Positions 49,229 to 63,209 of a stretch of DNA of 64,000 nt are shown here, piece by piece. Source of the stretch: Diadema antillarum (taxonomy: Eukaryota); assembly GCF_040938485.1 (NCBI RefSeq), contig NW_027270918.1, forward strand, positions 5,518,001 to 5,582,000, given 5' to 3'. Position 1 is the first letter of the stretch, and every line of letters begins with the position of its first letter. The translations under genes and the position numbers were made by a program. Below the pieces are notes generated by a model. The model worked only from the letters and a program-made list of their open reading frames with translations, was not told the DNA's origin and did not search any database.

Positions 49229-51017
49229 ACCCATCCCTCGATTAAAAGGAGGGGTGGTGTTAATCGCTCAATCTCACAACCTGAAGAAACGAAAAAAAAA
49301 AAAAACGTCTGTCCAGTTAAGTTGATGTTGGATAAGCGTGTGATCTTTATCTATTTTCATCTTACAACATGTCTGATACAACGTCGTCGGTAAGTCATGT
49401 AAGTTTCTATACACTATATAGTCTGTAACAGTATGTTGCATACATTGGCAAACACACTTACTGAATTTAACAAAGCATAACAGCAAAACCTTTTACTTGC
49501 AATCCCTTTGTGTTTAACTAATCATATAATTAAAAACAATTATGAAACTACTCTCTTTCATTCCCCGTTATATCAATTATATTGCTGTTGTTTTTTTTAC
49601 TATGCATTGAACCCGTTAAATGTACGTGATCATAATTCTAAGTAGGTAAGGTAAATTTTATGAATACACGATTTATTCCAACGGTTCTTGAACTGTCGAT
49701 ATGATGAAATTAGCGAAGTAATGATGCCACAAGTTGCAAAGGAGTTTGTACACTAATTCTTGAAATTTCCCCCTTTTCAGACGAAATCATACCATAACAT
49801 CAAATTTCAACATATCTAATTGAACTTAATTTTAAGTTATTCAGCCATGAATACCGGTTTACACTTTAACCAAAAAAAAAAAAAAATAATCGTTAGTTTT
49901 TGCTATATTATCATTAAGGAACTGGGAAATTATGACATCATTACCTCACTCATATTGTTATTCATATCAACTTTCCCTGAATTTTTGTGCAATAATGGAC
50001 GAAACTGCATAGTATTAGCGTAGGCAAAGAAGGTGAACCACTCACTGAATCCTAAAATGCTAAATCCTTTACCAGAAATTACTTTATTAATGGTGACGTC
50101 ATAATGTTGTCCCCCGATTTGGTCAAAGGCTAACCAACGTCTTTAGCATGTAAGGTGCCTGCAGGAGGTTACACAATGGCATCAACACCCAGACTAAACG
50201 AAGGTGTAAAACTTTGTTAAGAAATTTACCTTTAGGGCACACAAAGGAAACAATGGCTATACGAATATTGCATCACCAAGTTGCTACTGGATCCTGAGAA
50301 ACTGTACTGGCGTTCATGCGATGCCCTCAAGAATGACCCAATATCTATACGATCAGATCTAAAGTTGAACACTTCCTCTATCGTGTCCATCTTTGCTCCA
50401 TTTCGTGACAGTTTGACGCCTTCGTAAAGCGGGGTTCCCACTATCGTACGATCTATTACGAATGCCAGGATTGGACATTCGTAACTGATCGTGGAAGTTT
50501 AGTTGAACTCGTCTAAAATTTCACGTTTGGATACGAGATTATGCGAGTCAATACGTGTTGCTTCGCTTGGATGCGATGTGGTCACGATTGGTCTATTTCA
50601 AGCGATACGATCTGTCACGATCTGGTCTCGCGTTCAAATACGATCCGATAGGATTGTCCCGATTTAGTCCATGATTGGTTCCGATCTATCACTATCAATA
50701 CGATGCAGCTACGTTCTGATACGTTCCAAAACGAATACCGCGAACCAATGCGGGCTGTTAAGATAAGACACGATATCTATCAAAAGCGATCTCCCTTTAA
50801 GGTGCGATTGGACCCGAATGGGAATGTCATAGTCCGGCTTAAGATGGCTTTCATTGTCTCCTCAGCTTCTGCACAGTGATTAGGCCTACTATTCACAACC
50901 ATTGATAATGGCAAGGATTGACAGGTTGAGAATGATGAGAACGTGACCTTTGCAGTATTGCGAATGACGATTACGTTACCATCAGATTAGAAAGCATCAC
51001 CTAGGCCAGCCACAACC

Positions 51018-51730
51018 TAAGGCCGTGTTTATGCTTCCCCTTTTCGGGCCAGAATCAGCGTTTTGATACACGTTTAGTTCAAAACGTGGTTGCGTCCATG
51101 CTCATTTTGATACAAACACCGTTTCAAAACGTCGTTTCAAAACGCACAAAATAGTGCGTTTACGATCGGCGTTTCTGACTAATCACGTTTGACGTGAAGC
51201 ATAACCGCAACTCACATCACAAACGCGTTTGAATTACGTCATCTCCATCGCCTTTCCGGTCCACTTGAAATTCGCTCGCCAGGCCAGCCGACCTTGTACT
51301 GTGCTGCAAGTGCTGATTCCTCGAGCTCCCTGTTGGTACATTATTGTACATGATGACAGACATAATAGAGCTCACTATTATATCATACATTCCGATTTTG
51401 TCAACAATTTGTAGATGAAAAAAAATACTCGTATTTCTTATCATTGTCTACAGTTCATGTACATGTGTATTAGTAAAGCAATCGAAAATTTGTTAGACAT
51501 GCTACGGAACATGAACAATACACACACTCAGGCCAGAACTTCAAAAAAAAAAGAAAAAAAAAAGCGCGCCCCAATTTGACCTGCCTCTGCTGAGGTCAGC
51601 AAAGCAACCGCATAAGTTACGCTCTTTCCAAGACTCGAAGAAAGTGAGCATAAACAGTGCTCCCGTGAATGGCGTTTTGAATCAGCGTTTTGAATCAGCG
51701 TTTCAAAACGCTGATTCTGCCTCCGCAAAT
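51018..51730. mobile_element. Possible Harbinger-like MITE remnant
   Basis: TAA-GGCCGTGTTTATGCTT left end and repeated GAATCAGCGTTTTGA / TCAAAACGCTGATTC motifs; right terminus not found. Confidence 0.4.
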
Positions 51731-51830
51731 TGAGCGAAACACACCCTCATCAGACAGTCCCTCCTTTACATTTAACCTAAAGAAATTGATAGATTTTTGA
51801 ATCGACGTGCTCACCCCCCCAAAAAAAAAA

Positions 51831-52935
51831 AACCAAGGCAAGTGCCAAATTGTATCTCGCCCATTCGCGTACAACAAATTAATATTTTTCTAACTCCCAG
51901 AAGTTCATTGACCCGCCTATGACCTTTGACCTTGTGGTGACCTTCAACTCCACAAGGGACATTTACCATCCAAGTTTGGTCACAAACGGACATAAAGGGA
52001 TCAAAAGTTATGAGCCACAATCGAAACGCGTCCCAAAAGTTAACATTGGGCCCTAAAAGTTTGTTGATCCCTGTCTGTGACCTTTGACCTTGTGATGACC
52101 TGCACCTCCCCAAGGGACATCTACCATCCAAGTTTGGTCACAAACGGACAAAGGGATCAAAAGTTATGAGCCATAATCAAAATGCACCATAAAAACTTAA
52201 CATTGGGCCCTAAAAGTTCGTTGACCCCTGTCTGTGACCTTTGACCTTGTGATGACCTTTAATTCCCCAAGGGACATCTACCGTCCAAGTTTGGTCACAA
52301 ACGGACATAGGGATCAAAAGTTATAAGCCACAATCAAAACGCATCCTAAAAACATAACATTGGGCCCTAAAAGTTTGTTGACCCCTGTCTGTGACCTTTG
52401 ACCTTGTGATGACCTTCATCTGCCCAAGGGACATCTACCATCCAAGTTTGGTCACAAACGCACAAAGGGATCAAAAGTTATGAGCCATAATCAAAACTCG
52501 CCATAAAAACTTAATATTGGGCCCTAAAAGTTTGTTGACCCCTGTCTGCGACCTATGGCCTTGTGGTAACCTTCAACTTCCCAAGGAACATCTACCATGT
52601 AAGTTTGGTCACAAACAAACAGATACATCAAAAGTTACGAGCCATAAACGAAACGCGCCCTCAAAACTTAACATTGGGCCCTAAAGTTCATTGACCTCTG
52701 CCTGTAACCTTTGACCTTTAGGTGCCCTTCATGTTTAATAAAATGTGTAACTTTGCATAACCACTCTTCCCCCCAAGTTTGATTGAAATTGAAATCCTCA
52801 GTAGAGAATTATTCAAGTTTTTGTAGCGTTACGGACAGACGACGGACGGACGGACGACGGACGGACGACGACGGACGGACAGACGCCGTAGGCGATCCCT
52901 TAGTCTCCCCACACTTCCGGTGGGCTCGACAAAAA
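51831..52935. mobile_element. HINE/Helentron-like element: about 5 tandem 157-bp units, (GACG)n microsatellite, terminal hairpin
   Basis: GACCTTTGACCTT-type unit starts at 51921, 52079, 52236, 52393, 52550 and 52706; (GACG)n at about 52832-52885; CCCAC-acttccg-GTGGG hairpin at 52908-52924; A runs at both ends. Confidence 0.7.
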
Positions 52936-53542
52936 CACACAAAAACGAATACACAAGATCAGATCATTGCCCCATCTTCTCCAGAAAAAACAAAACAAAA
53001 CATCAAGACAAAAGGTTTAATATTTTCACCTTTCTAAGAAATACATGAAGAAAACATGATGAAATTGAAGCAAAAACGATGGGATATTTTTGAATGCTAA
53101 CATAATATGAGTTATGTACGCTCAATATAACAAAGTTGGTATGTATCATATGCATTTTTATTTCAAAATGTCGTTATCTTATGGGGCATTGAAAGTTTGC
53201 TTGATTGGCTTGGTTTATTGTTAAAGGTAACTACCCTAACCCTAACCCAAGCAAAATTATTTCGCAGGTATTGCTACACTTATTGACTAACTTCTATGTG
53301 AAAAATAATGAAGGTGATCTTCATAGTCATGCACGAGTGACCTTACATCCACGACAATGGTCACTTTTCAAAAGTCACAAAAGTTACTTTGTGGGGTATG
53401 TGAAACATTCTGCTTCTGGTAGATGTTTCAGTGGTGTTGCTATTTTATATTTCATTGTGCCACCCTTCCCTAATTCAACCTCGCCGAATACAAAATATAT
53501 ACGATTTGCGAGTGAAATAAGGCGAATATGCAAATAAGTAGA

Positions 53543-53792
53543 AGGAAAGTGAAAAAGTTGATCCCGATCAACACGATTAATAAGCACGAATAGATAAGAT
53601 TTCCTGCGTTTTGATACTACCCAAGACAATCTGATGCGATGATCATGATAAAAAATTAATTGTGTTAATCGTCGAAAATTTTTGAACCGTCCAAAATTTT
53701 TCTACGATTAATCGCGATTGCTACGACTGACGTTAAGATCTGTCTAATCGCACTTCTTAATCGTGTTGATCGGGATCGACTTTTTCACTTCC
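53543..53792. repeat. 250-bp hairpin element with about 40-bp TIRs
   Basis: GGAAAGTGAAAAAGTTGATCCCGATCAACACGATTAA versus TTAATCGTGTTGATCGGGATCGACTTTTTCACTTCC. Confidence 0.75.
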
Positions 53793-53799
53793 CTCCTTC

Positions 53800-53849
<50 letters not shown>

Positions 53850-55827
53850 CTTCTTCTTTTTTTAAATTTGCCCTTATTTTGCTCCAAGATCGTACACATT
53901 TTGTATTCCGCGAGTATTAGATATTTTCATACATATCATTATTATTACTATACATTGTTTTACCATACACAGACGCACAAAAACTGAGTTCCCCGTAGTC
54001 AATTTGGGGTAAGTTTTTAACGAAAAAAAAAATAGAAAAACTAAAATGACTGTGGTATGTTTGCACATACTGACTTAGGTCAGTATAGAAATGAGAATGA
54101 GTTCCTGAATCGTGCATGAGTGAGCACACATCAAAGGCAAATTTGATTACTTTTTAGAACTATCGAAATTATTTTGCTTCAAACTTATTTTGTGTTAAAG
54201 AGTGACATTAGGGGAGTTACTTTTCTGTTGTGTGTATATCGGTTTTGTTAAACACTGTTAAAAAAAAAAAACTATTTATCAAGCTTTACCCACCAAACTT
54301 TTTTTTTCCCCATGAGATAACGACATTTTGAAATAGAAAGGCATATATACGTATTATGCGAATATGACATCAAACACATAAGCAATACTATAAGTTCGGT
54401 CAACTTTCTTATACTGAGCCTATAACACATAATAATGTCATCATCGTAATGATCGTGTTAGATCGAAACAAATCGTAGACTCAATCGGGACAATCCTATC
54501 GGGTCATATTTGAATCGGAGACCACATCGTGACAGATCGTATTGCTTGAAATAGACCAATCGTGACCATATCGCATCCCAGCGAACCAACACGTATTGAC
54601 TCGCATAACCTCGTATCCAAACGTGAAATTTCAGACGAGTTCAACAAATTTTCCACGATCAGTTACGAATGTCCAATCGTGGCGTTCGCAATGGATCGCA
54701 CGATAGTGGGAACCCCGCTTTAACGAACACAAGTTAGAGTGGTTTTCTATAGTGTTTCGGTAATGCGTACTCAGTGAAAGGAATAGAATACAAATGAATA
54801 GAATACAAAAATGCAAGCTTGCTTTCTCTCACGCGTTGCCTAAAATTCAGTTAACGAAGAATTCAACCGATCAACTTGCGTATACACTAGATTAGGAAAA
54901 AAAGGTTTAAAAAAGGGAAATTTAAGCTTACATTCCGAATGGACAAAATCCCGAAATTCTAGGCCAGGTCAGGTATACAGAGTATACGTTTTGTATTTCT
55001 GAAATAATCTTCAACATATGAGGTTTATTTTAAATTAGAAATAAATTCAAGCGCAGAATGAGAATGCACATCCCATGGATCTAATAGTGTATGATGAGCT
55101 GGTTCAAAAATTGAAAACCGACTGAAAGAGTACAGATCTTAGCTGTCCCTTTTTCCTCACACTGTCATCTTTATTCCACTGTTCAAATTATGGAAAGTAA
55201 TAAACGTGAAAACCTTTTATTTCAAATTTTACATGGGAGAAATCTTGCTAGATCAATAACCTGAAGCGAAGATAAATCAAAGCCCTTCCAAGTGCAAAAA
55301 AAAAAAAACACCCCCAATCTGCTTTACACGAATACACAGAAAACGTGGCACAAGCACCACTTACCAAATAATTTTAGGCTTCCGGACATTGACTCGTTGA
55401 GTATGAGACTCATTCAAAGAAAAGTAAGAAATTATACATTAAAAAGCTGTAACAGCCCGAAAGTAAATTGGGCAGGATCGAATTACTATTTCTTTTTCAT
55501 GTCGGAAATACAGTGTAAGTACAAAGACAGTGCGTGTAACCACTAAATACATTGCTTTAACATTAAAAAGAAGAATGATTGACAGAATGATTCAATGAAT
55601 ACTCATTTTGTTGATGAGTGGGATATGGTTATGTTTATAAAAATTCAATATGTCTAAAATTGCCAAATGTTAAAATTGTTTTCCTTTATTCCTAGCTTTG
55701 CTATTGACAGGATACAAAGAAAACTTAATCTGTTTAAATAAAATCAATTAAGATTTTTTTTCCACCATGCAAAGCACATAACTTTCAATAATCTTTGCGG
55801 TTTACCCTAGAGGACAATTTTTCAAAT

Positions 55828-56133
55828 TCAAACTTTCACTTTCTTTAGCGAAGATCTATTCTTGCAATCAATGAACAGTAAGTCCTTCAGCGTTGACCTG
55901 AGAAGCGGCTGGCTCACCGCGTAAGAGATCGGGTTCAGAAGGCTGTTTCCTGTCGCCAACCAGGTGAAGAAAAGCATCAAAGGCCTGGGTAGACCCCGCA
56001 CAATAAGTAGAGGATTGATGGAATAGATCAAACCAATGATGCTCTGAGGTAACCAGGCAACAACGAAAGACAGCACGATGAACAAGAGGGTTCGTGTTGC
56101 TTTCCGCATTTCGGCAGCCGACTCGCGCTTACC
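55828..56133 (-). CDS. GPCR B3 exon 2
   Basis: Acceptor ATGCAG|GGT AAG CGC GAG; AWLPQS, NPISY. Confidence 0.9.
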   Translation of the reverse strand, partial: GKRESAAEMRKATRTLLFIVLSFVVAWLPQSIIGLIYSINPLLIVRGLPRPLMLFFTWLATGNSLLNPISYAVSQPLLRSTLKDLLFIDCKNRSSLKKVKV

Positions 56134-56762
56134 CTGCATATAGAGAATAAGATAAATACATTTTGAAAGTAATTTTCTAAACTAATTTCCTTGAATTAAG
56201 TAAATTCATTTTTTTTCAGCTATAAAGTAGATTGTAGTTTTATTGAAAATTCGAATTGATATTTTTCGTTAATTCGTTTTTTTACATTAAGAAATTTTTA
56301 CATTCGAACAATTTTTCGTGTCTTATCAGTCGTGACCCATTAATATGTGTAATTCAGAACAGAGTTATATATTATCTTTAGACCTATATGTCTGTACAAA
56401 CAAATACAAACGATGCATTTTCTGTTGCACTTTATCAAGATTGGAATATATTACATTATTGTAAAGAAGAAATATTGAAAAATGTAGACAAAATATAAAA
56501 AAAAATGATTGTATCGTTTTTATTTTTTTTTTTTGGTTGGAATAGGAAAACAAAATTTTGGTATATTTGGGATTCGTTAAGGACAAACATTCTTTTAAAT
56601 CCTTAATAGTTTTCGACAGCTTAGAGTTTTCATAAACGATGCTGAAATATTTTCATTGTTTTAACGTGGGCTTGTCGTAACCGAGAAACGAAAGATAACA
56701 ATTACGAATCGAAATCAAGCAAGTAGATATTCCTTTAAAAAAGGATAAAGCTGATTTCTTAC

Positions 56763-57644
56763 ATTCGATTTCTTGTCGGGATTTGAACCGGCTTTCTTGG
56801 TGCTCCTTGGCACATCTTGTCCAAATTGATTTGATCCGGCCGACTCAACGTCCATGTTGATGGCTGAATCATTCTGAGACGACGTTGTTGCGTCCTTCGG
56901 AAAATCTGGAACCACTATACTGAGGTTATTCTTCACATCGAATTTCTTTTCGACAAGTTTCCCACCCCGTGTCTGTCTGATTTTTATAAATATGCGAAAG
57001 TAGAGGATGGAGATTAAAAAGAAGGGCAAGTAGAAAGTAACAACGACACCGAGTAAGGAGACTACTGGTATTGCGAAATACTTGCTAAGGCAGTGACGTC
57101 CGTTGTCAAAGTTGTCGATGAACTCCCAGGCTGTGATGAACATCATCCAGAAAGCAAAAGCACCAAGCCACGCCAGGGAGTTAAGAAACAAAGCCTTACG
57201 TTTGCTGCGTGTCATGAAATGGTTGAGTGGGTCGTAAGTTGCACGATGTCGGTCAGCGCAGATGATCACGACGACGAAATTAGAAGCGCTGAGGAGTGAC
57301 TGACTTATCCCACTTTCAAGCTTACAAAGCTCCTGGTTAAGGGGATAGTAGCCAATGTGGGTATGTATAACGCTAATGATCAGGACCAAACCAGATAGGA
57401 GATCGAGAATGGATAGGTTGATAATGAAATAGTTGTTGTAAGTGCGAAGCTTTTTGTTCACGCAAAAGGCGGCAAGATTAAGACAGTTTGCGACAATGAT
57501 GCAAGCCGTAAACAGGGAGGTCCAGAGGAGACCGAAAATACCGGAAGAGTTTGACCCTCCAGATTTTGTGTAAACTTCACTCCCGGTTGAATTGTCGAGA
57601 GCAGTTTCAACCCAAAGTGTAGGGTACGTCTGCACTGATGCCAT
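56763..57644 (-). CDS. GPCR B3 exon 1; 395 aa with exon 2
   Basis: Same TM1-TM5 motifs; donor AAT|GTAAGA, phase 0. Confidence 0.9.
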
Positions 57645-58061
57645 GGTCAGCTTACCTCGATTATACTTGATATTACGTTGAGAGGGATTTTTCTGTCTCC
57701 GATCTAGGAAGGCTTCACTTCAGCAGAGTGTCAGAAAATCACAAGAGTCAATTATATAAATGCCTCAACTTTACATGCTTAGCATTTCACTTGACCTCGC
57801 AAGGTATCATGGTATTCTGAAAGTCCAGACCTACTAAAGCTGTTCCGAGAGATCCGGGAAATTCAATTTCTTGACAATAAACTGTAAAACTTACTAGAGT
57901 GAATGGAATGTCAATTAAATACACGTGGTGCCAGGCTGAGATGACAAAATCCTCAGAATTGAGAAAAGTGGCATACACCCCCTGCAATTAATCCCTCTTA
58001 GGCAGGTATGACCTTACTTACATAGAGTTGGAATCTAAAACGCTGGAATCTAAAGAGTAAA

Positions 58062-58145
58062 GTTTAAAAAGCTCGCTCACTGTTGACTAGAAAATTGGCA
58101 TTATCAAGTGACTGAATATCACTGCGACGTGTTTCAAAGCCGCCA
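58062..58145 (-). promoter_or_regulatory. B3 promoter-homologous block (eroded)
   Basis: Aligns to the B1/B2 block. TATA reads TTTAAA, only the distal CCAAT (58098-58094) is kept, and the E-box reads CAAGTG. Confidence 0.45.
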
Positions 58146-61100
58146 ACATTTTCGTCTATACAAGCTTACAACCTCCTTTATACAAAGACCTGAACGTTAT
58201 TGAACAGACATTTGGAAAATAAACTGCTGACTTACGGAACTCCGAGACATCTCCTCTTGTGTTATTTTGTTTTATTCTTCTTGACAAATAATGCACTTCC
58301 AAAAGGATTACACTGTTTAAAGTGCTTATCAGGAACCTCGCTGTGGGTTTAATAGGATTATAGACAACATTAGGCAATGAACAATGATGAATGCATGTTG
58401 GCATGTCATAAGACAGTTTCATTTAGGAATAAGTTGCTTGTAACAAAAGAGCCACAATGATCTTGGCTGTACCATGCTGCCTTTTAAGAGAATGAAAATG
58501 AAAATAATCATGATTTTGTTTCGTTCAAAAAAAGTAATCGTAGCACTTTTCGCAGCATACTGTTTTTGTTTTGTTTGACTTGGGAGTCTGAGTTTAAACG
58601 AAAAGTGCAATGAACAAAAAAAAAAATGGAATTGCCTTTAATGAACAGGTACACAATGGAACGACGGAACAGAGATCACACTCGTTCACACACTTACGTC
58701 TGTCGTTTCTTTTGTGAGAAATGACGAGTATATGACTCAAGAAACTGTCACCTCTCTGAATATTCTGCGTCTGCATCGAAAACCCCAGCATGAATTACTG
58801 ACCTAGGTTTTTTATTTTCTGTAAGAATAGAATTATATCAAGAGAGAAAAGGAAGCCACCGTTGCCATGCTCCTTCCTGCAGATGCTGACGTCATCAACG
58901 GTTTCTTACAAAGACATTTCTTTTCCAAGAGTAAGATACTGTCAAGTAAAATAGAGGATCGTGTGATCTGTGTAGCGGTATTACAGATATATAAACTCAA
59001 GAAAGGAGAAAAAGGAGGGGAGGGGTACCATACTTGTCATCTTTTCTGAGTGTTTTTTTAATGAAAGGCTTTCCAGTTCTATCCTTTGCTCTTTTTTAGT
59101 TTGTGACCTCAGAAGGCACAAATGAATTTAAAAAAAGTCTGCTATGTGGAATTCTCAAAACCATGAGAGCAAGTAGCACGGCTTGCTTGTTCTTGCAGTT
59201 TTAAGATCTTTTTTGATTCTGTGCGAGTTTCTCTCTCCCTTTCTTTCTGAATGCAAAAGCATTGCGGATGAAAATTGCTGTGCAAATTGCGATACTGCAA
59301 GTTCCGAAGCCGATGGGAAAGCGAGAATGTATATAAAAAGTAATTTCATTTTTTTTTCTTGCTTATGTATGTGGTAGACCGTTTCAATGTGGATTATATA
59401 GGCCTACTCCTTTTTAAAGGCATGTAAGAGAAACTTTCAATTTAAAATCAGTCAACAAAATATTTGATTAACAGACTGCACTTCATTAATATAGATTGTC
59501 GACTGGCATGAAAGCGAAATATATAAAACAATAAAGGATCAATGAAGGGGCACATTAAAGGAATTGTTGAATGATGAATCATCTACTTTATTAACAAAGT
59601 AATAACTAGTTAGACATTAAAAATAAGTGCGTCCTATTCATGATGATACGAAAAGTCGAAATGGACAGATATTAACACGCTTTATGCAGTTAATCCAAAT
59701 CAGATAAAGCAGTCATGTTTGAGAAAATGGATAGACCTACTACAGAGCATTAATTTGGAAATGATGCAAAGTTACAGCCTGTTTAGCATAACTTGTTATT
59801 AAATCTGCAAGTGTCCTGATTATGTGAGCAGTAAGACAAGTGAAAGGGTAAGGCATTTTTAAATAAATTTTACCGTTCCTACATGATGTTCGAAGTGCTT
59901 TTAAACTCCTACAGCAAACACACTCCCTTATGGTTCTTGAATTGTTAAAGAGAATAACCAAAGAGACAGTTTGATTTTGATTTGATTTGATTTCTTTAAA
60001 AAAAAGGTTGAAAGCCTGCTATCAGCGAGGCCGTGCATAAGGAATAAAAGAACTGAATCATGGATAAACAATATAAGACGAAAATAAAAGAGGGTGCACA
60101 TGAAACAAACGATCCAAATAGGGATTTTTTTTCTTCGTTATTTACGAAATTACCGAATAACGAATCTTACTTCATTTTCGGATTAACAAACCTTCAGAAT
60201 AACGACTCTTGCTCCATTTCCGGATCAATGAATATGCGGAATAGCGAAACTTTAGAATAATGAACTGTAAGCCCTTAAAATAAGACGTCGTCTGTGAGTT
60301 TTCATTTACTCCGCATATGGCTTGTAGCAGTGTGTTGCGTATATTGGCAAACACACTTTCTGAATTTGACAAAGAGTAACAGCAAACCTTTTCTCTTTTT
60401 TTTTGCAATCGATTTATGTTGAACTAGTCATATAATAACAAGATGATTACGAAACTATTTTCTTTCATTCCTCCCTACATCAATTGTATTGCCGTTGTTG
60501 AATTTTAAGAAATCAATGCAGTTGCTATAATATCCTATCAACACTTGTGATCCATTTCTTAGCACTGTAATTAACGCGTTCACACTGGTGCATCACGTAC
60601 AGATTACTAGTCTTGCAACTTTCTAAGACGAAAACATTTTGAAACTTTATGTTCCTTCAAATTTCCATATACATCTTATAATGTTACACAATAACACGAT
60701 TGCACATCTTAGCCACCTCCTGTAGATACACTATAAAAATTATACGAGAAAAATTATGAATGTGAAATAATCAGTATGAATGCTCATTGCCTTGCCAGTG
60801 TTACACCTTGAACATAATTTTTTGCTAAACCATCAAGTACATTCAGACCGTCAACAATACGCTTCTGTGACGTCTATATCATCGTATATATGTTCATTCT
60901 GTTCAACCAGCTAATCTTTATAGTATGAATACAGTATGAATAATTCAAGTAGCAAACTATAAATACGAGGGTCATGGGCAGCATTGTAATTTTGTACAAT
61001 CTTCTTTTTCCATAATAATTATTCACACAATGGACTTCATTCTGCCTGGTGTCGTTTAATCTGAAACTTTACCAGTTTACACCAGGCAATGATAGGCAAA

Positions 61101-61871
61101 TTAAAAACCTCGCATTAACGCACTCAATATAGGTCGTACCAATGTCAAACCCTTACAACCCTCCATGCAAACATATATGTTGATATTGATAAACATGTTG
61201 CTTCTTCTTACCTGAAAGAAGAGAAGACCAAAAGCCCGCCCAGTTGACTTGACGTGGGATGAACATGTGATTATCTGTCACTTTCTCGGAAAGTGTTCCA
61301 CAATGGCTTCTTCTATTTTTTTTTTGAGGGGGGGGGGGGGCGTGTTTAGCTTCCAAAAATGAATGAAGGCATCCCCTTCTTTTTTGCTCTTAGTTTCTTC
61401 GCAGTTAAATAAATTTATGTTTGACTAATTGACTAGAATTGTCTATATATAATTTTACTTTTCAGCCATGAAAGATCAATAGCGATAACCAAAGGTGCGT
61501 GTTTGCTGTAAAGAGTAGCTACCATTAAGTATGTTTATCATAAAATCAATAAATAAATGATAATAAGAATAACAGTTGTGCAGTTAAATCACTTGTGACA
61601 ACTGTGGATGGCCATTGTCCGTCTTTGTCTGTGTCTATGCCAAGCAAGCAATTCCATCTTTTCATTATAGGGTTATTTGCAGGAAAAGTTGCGTCGTGTA
61701 TGGTACTTCATGCATTAAGTATAGACTGCGCAGCTTAGCATTCAAAGTACAGTGTACTGAAAGACACTGGAAGTAATGATCATGTGGTCGGATTACCCAA
61801 GAGGAGAGTTTTGCGATTTGACACTGTGTAACAGGTTGCACTGAACCCGCTGATTAATGTGCGTGATCATA

Positions 61872-62451
61872 TTAAAGGACAAGTTTACCTTTATAAACAT
61901 GTGGATCAAGTGAATGCAGCAATATTAGTAGAAGACATCAGTGAGAGTTTGAGGAAAATCGCACTATCCGTTCAAAAGTTATGAATTTTTGAAGTTTCTT
62001 CTCAGTCATTGCTTGATGAGAATACTACTACAGCTTGTGATGTCACATGTGTACAACGATATAAAGAAAACATAGGGAAAGTTCATCATATTTTCACATA
62101 ACAAACATTGAACATTTCGCATAACAAAAGAACGCTTGACTTGCCTCTTTTTGAAGGCAGGGTAAAGAATATTACCCTTTAATGTCAGTGACAAGTCGAG
62201 GAAATGTGTACTTTTTTCGAAAAGTAAAATTTTGTGAAATTCTCTTTATATTTTACTTATATCCTTGTACGCATATGACATCAAACACTGTAGTAGTGTT
62301 CTTATGCAGCAGGGATTGTGCAGATACTTTAAAAATTCATATAACTTTTGAACAGATTGTCTGATCTTTCTCAAACTTCCATTGAAGTGTTCTACTATCA
62401 TTGTGCCATTCACTCAATTCACAGATTTATGAAGGTAGACTTGTCCTTTAA
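61872..62451. mobile_element. Second, older copy of the Kolobok-like AGGACAAG MITE
   Basis: TTAA-AGGACAAGTTTACC...GGTAGACTTGTCCT-TTAA; colinear with 35992-36567. Confidence 0.85.
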
Positions 62452-63209
62452 GTTAAATTGAAAGATTTATTAATACATAATTTATTCTAACAGTTCTTGA
62501 ACTGTATGGTATATAATGAAATTAGTGAAATGATGATGCCACAACTTGCAAAGTAAAGTTTGTATACTAATTCTTGAAATTTCTCCTTTTCAGACAAAAT
62601 CATGCCACTACAGCAAATTCTGACATATCTAATTGAACATTGTTTTGAAGTTATTCAGCTATGAATACTGTTTACATTTTTAAGGTACAAAAAAATGAAT
62701 ATTGTCAACTTTTTCTACATGATCAATGAGGAACTGGGAGATTATGACATCGTTAGCTCACTTTTTTTTTTCATTCACAGCAACTTTCCAGAAGTTTTAT
62801 GCCATACTTTTAGCCTTTACCCGATTTCGATCAATTTTCACTATTGGGCCTGTATGACCTATAACTCTTCATTTTTATACTATTTTGAATTAGTCTTGAA
62901 AGCCTCGTATCAGAAATAATTGGAAAGACAATGCGTGTTACTACTTATTACAGTGTTTAAATGTAGAAAGATTCTCCTTGAAGCAGAATTAAAAGAATGA
63001 TTGACTGCATTCTTATTTGTTAATGAGTGAGCTGTGGTTATGTTTATAAAACTTCAAAATGTCTAAAAGGCCAAATATTGTTTTCATTTATTTCATCATA
63101 GGTATTAACACAAATAATACATAATCCGTTTAATGTAAAAATCAATTTATTTCTTACCTTACCTCTGAATAATTTTTGTGGGTTACTCTTGGAGAATTTT
63201 TTTCTGAAT

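Larger units (their letters stand above)
50426..54722. mobile_element. About 4.3-kb composite non-autonomous DNA transposon with about 270-bp TIRs
   Basis: AAGCGGGGTTCCCACTATCG... at about 50426-50700 is the reverse complement of about 54450-54722 (...CGATAGTGGGAACCCCGCTT). No transposase ORF inside; contains nested repeats. Confidence 0.8.

Noticed and set aside
51900-52730. CRISPR-like array
   Set aside because: The units are contiguous 157-bp repeats without unique spacers, the context is eukaryotic, and there are no cas genes.
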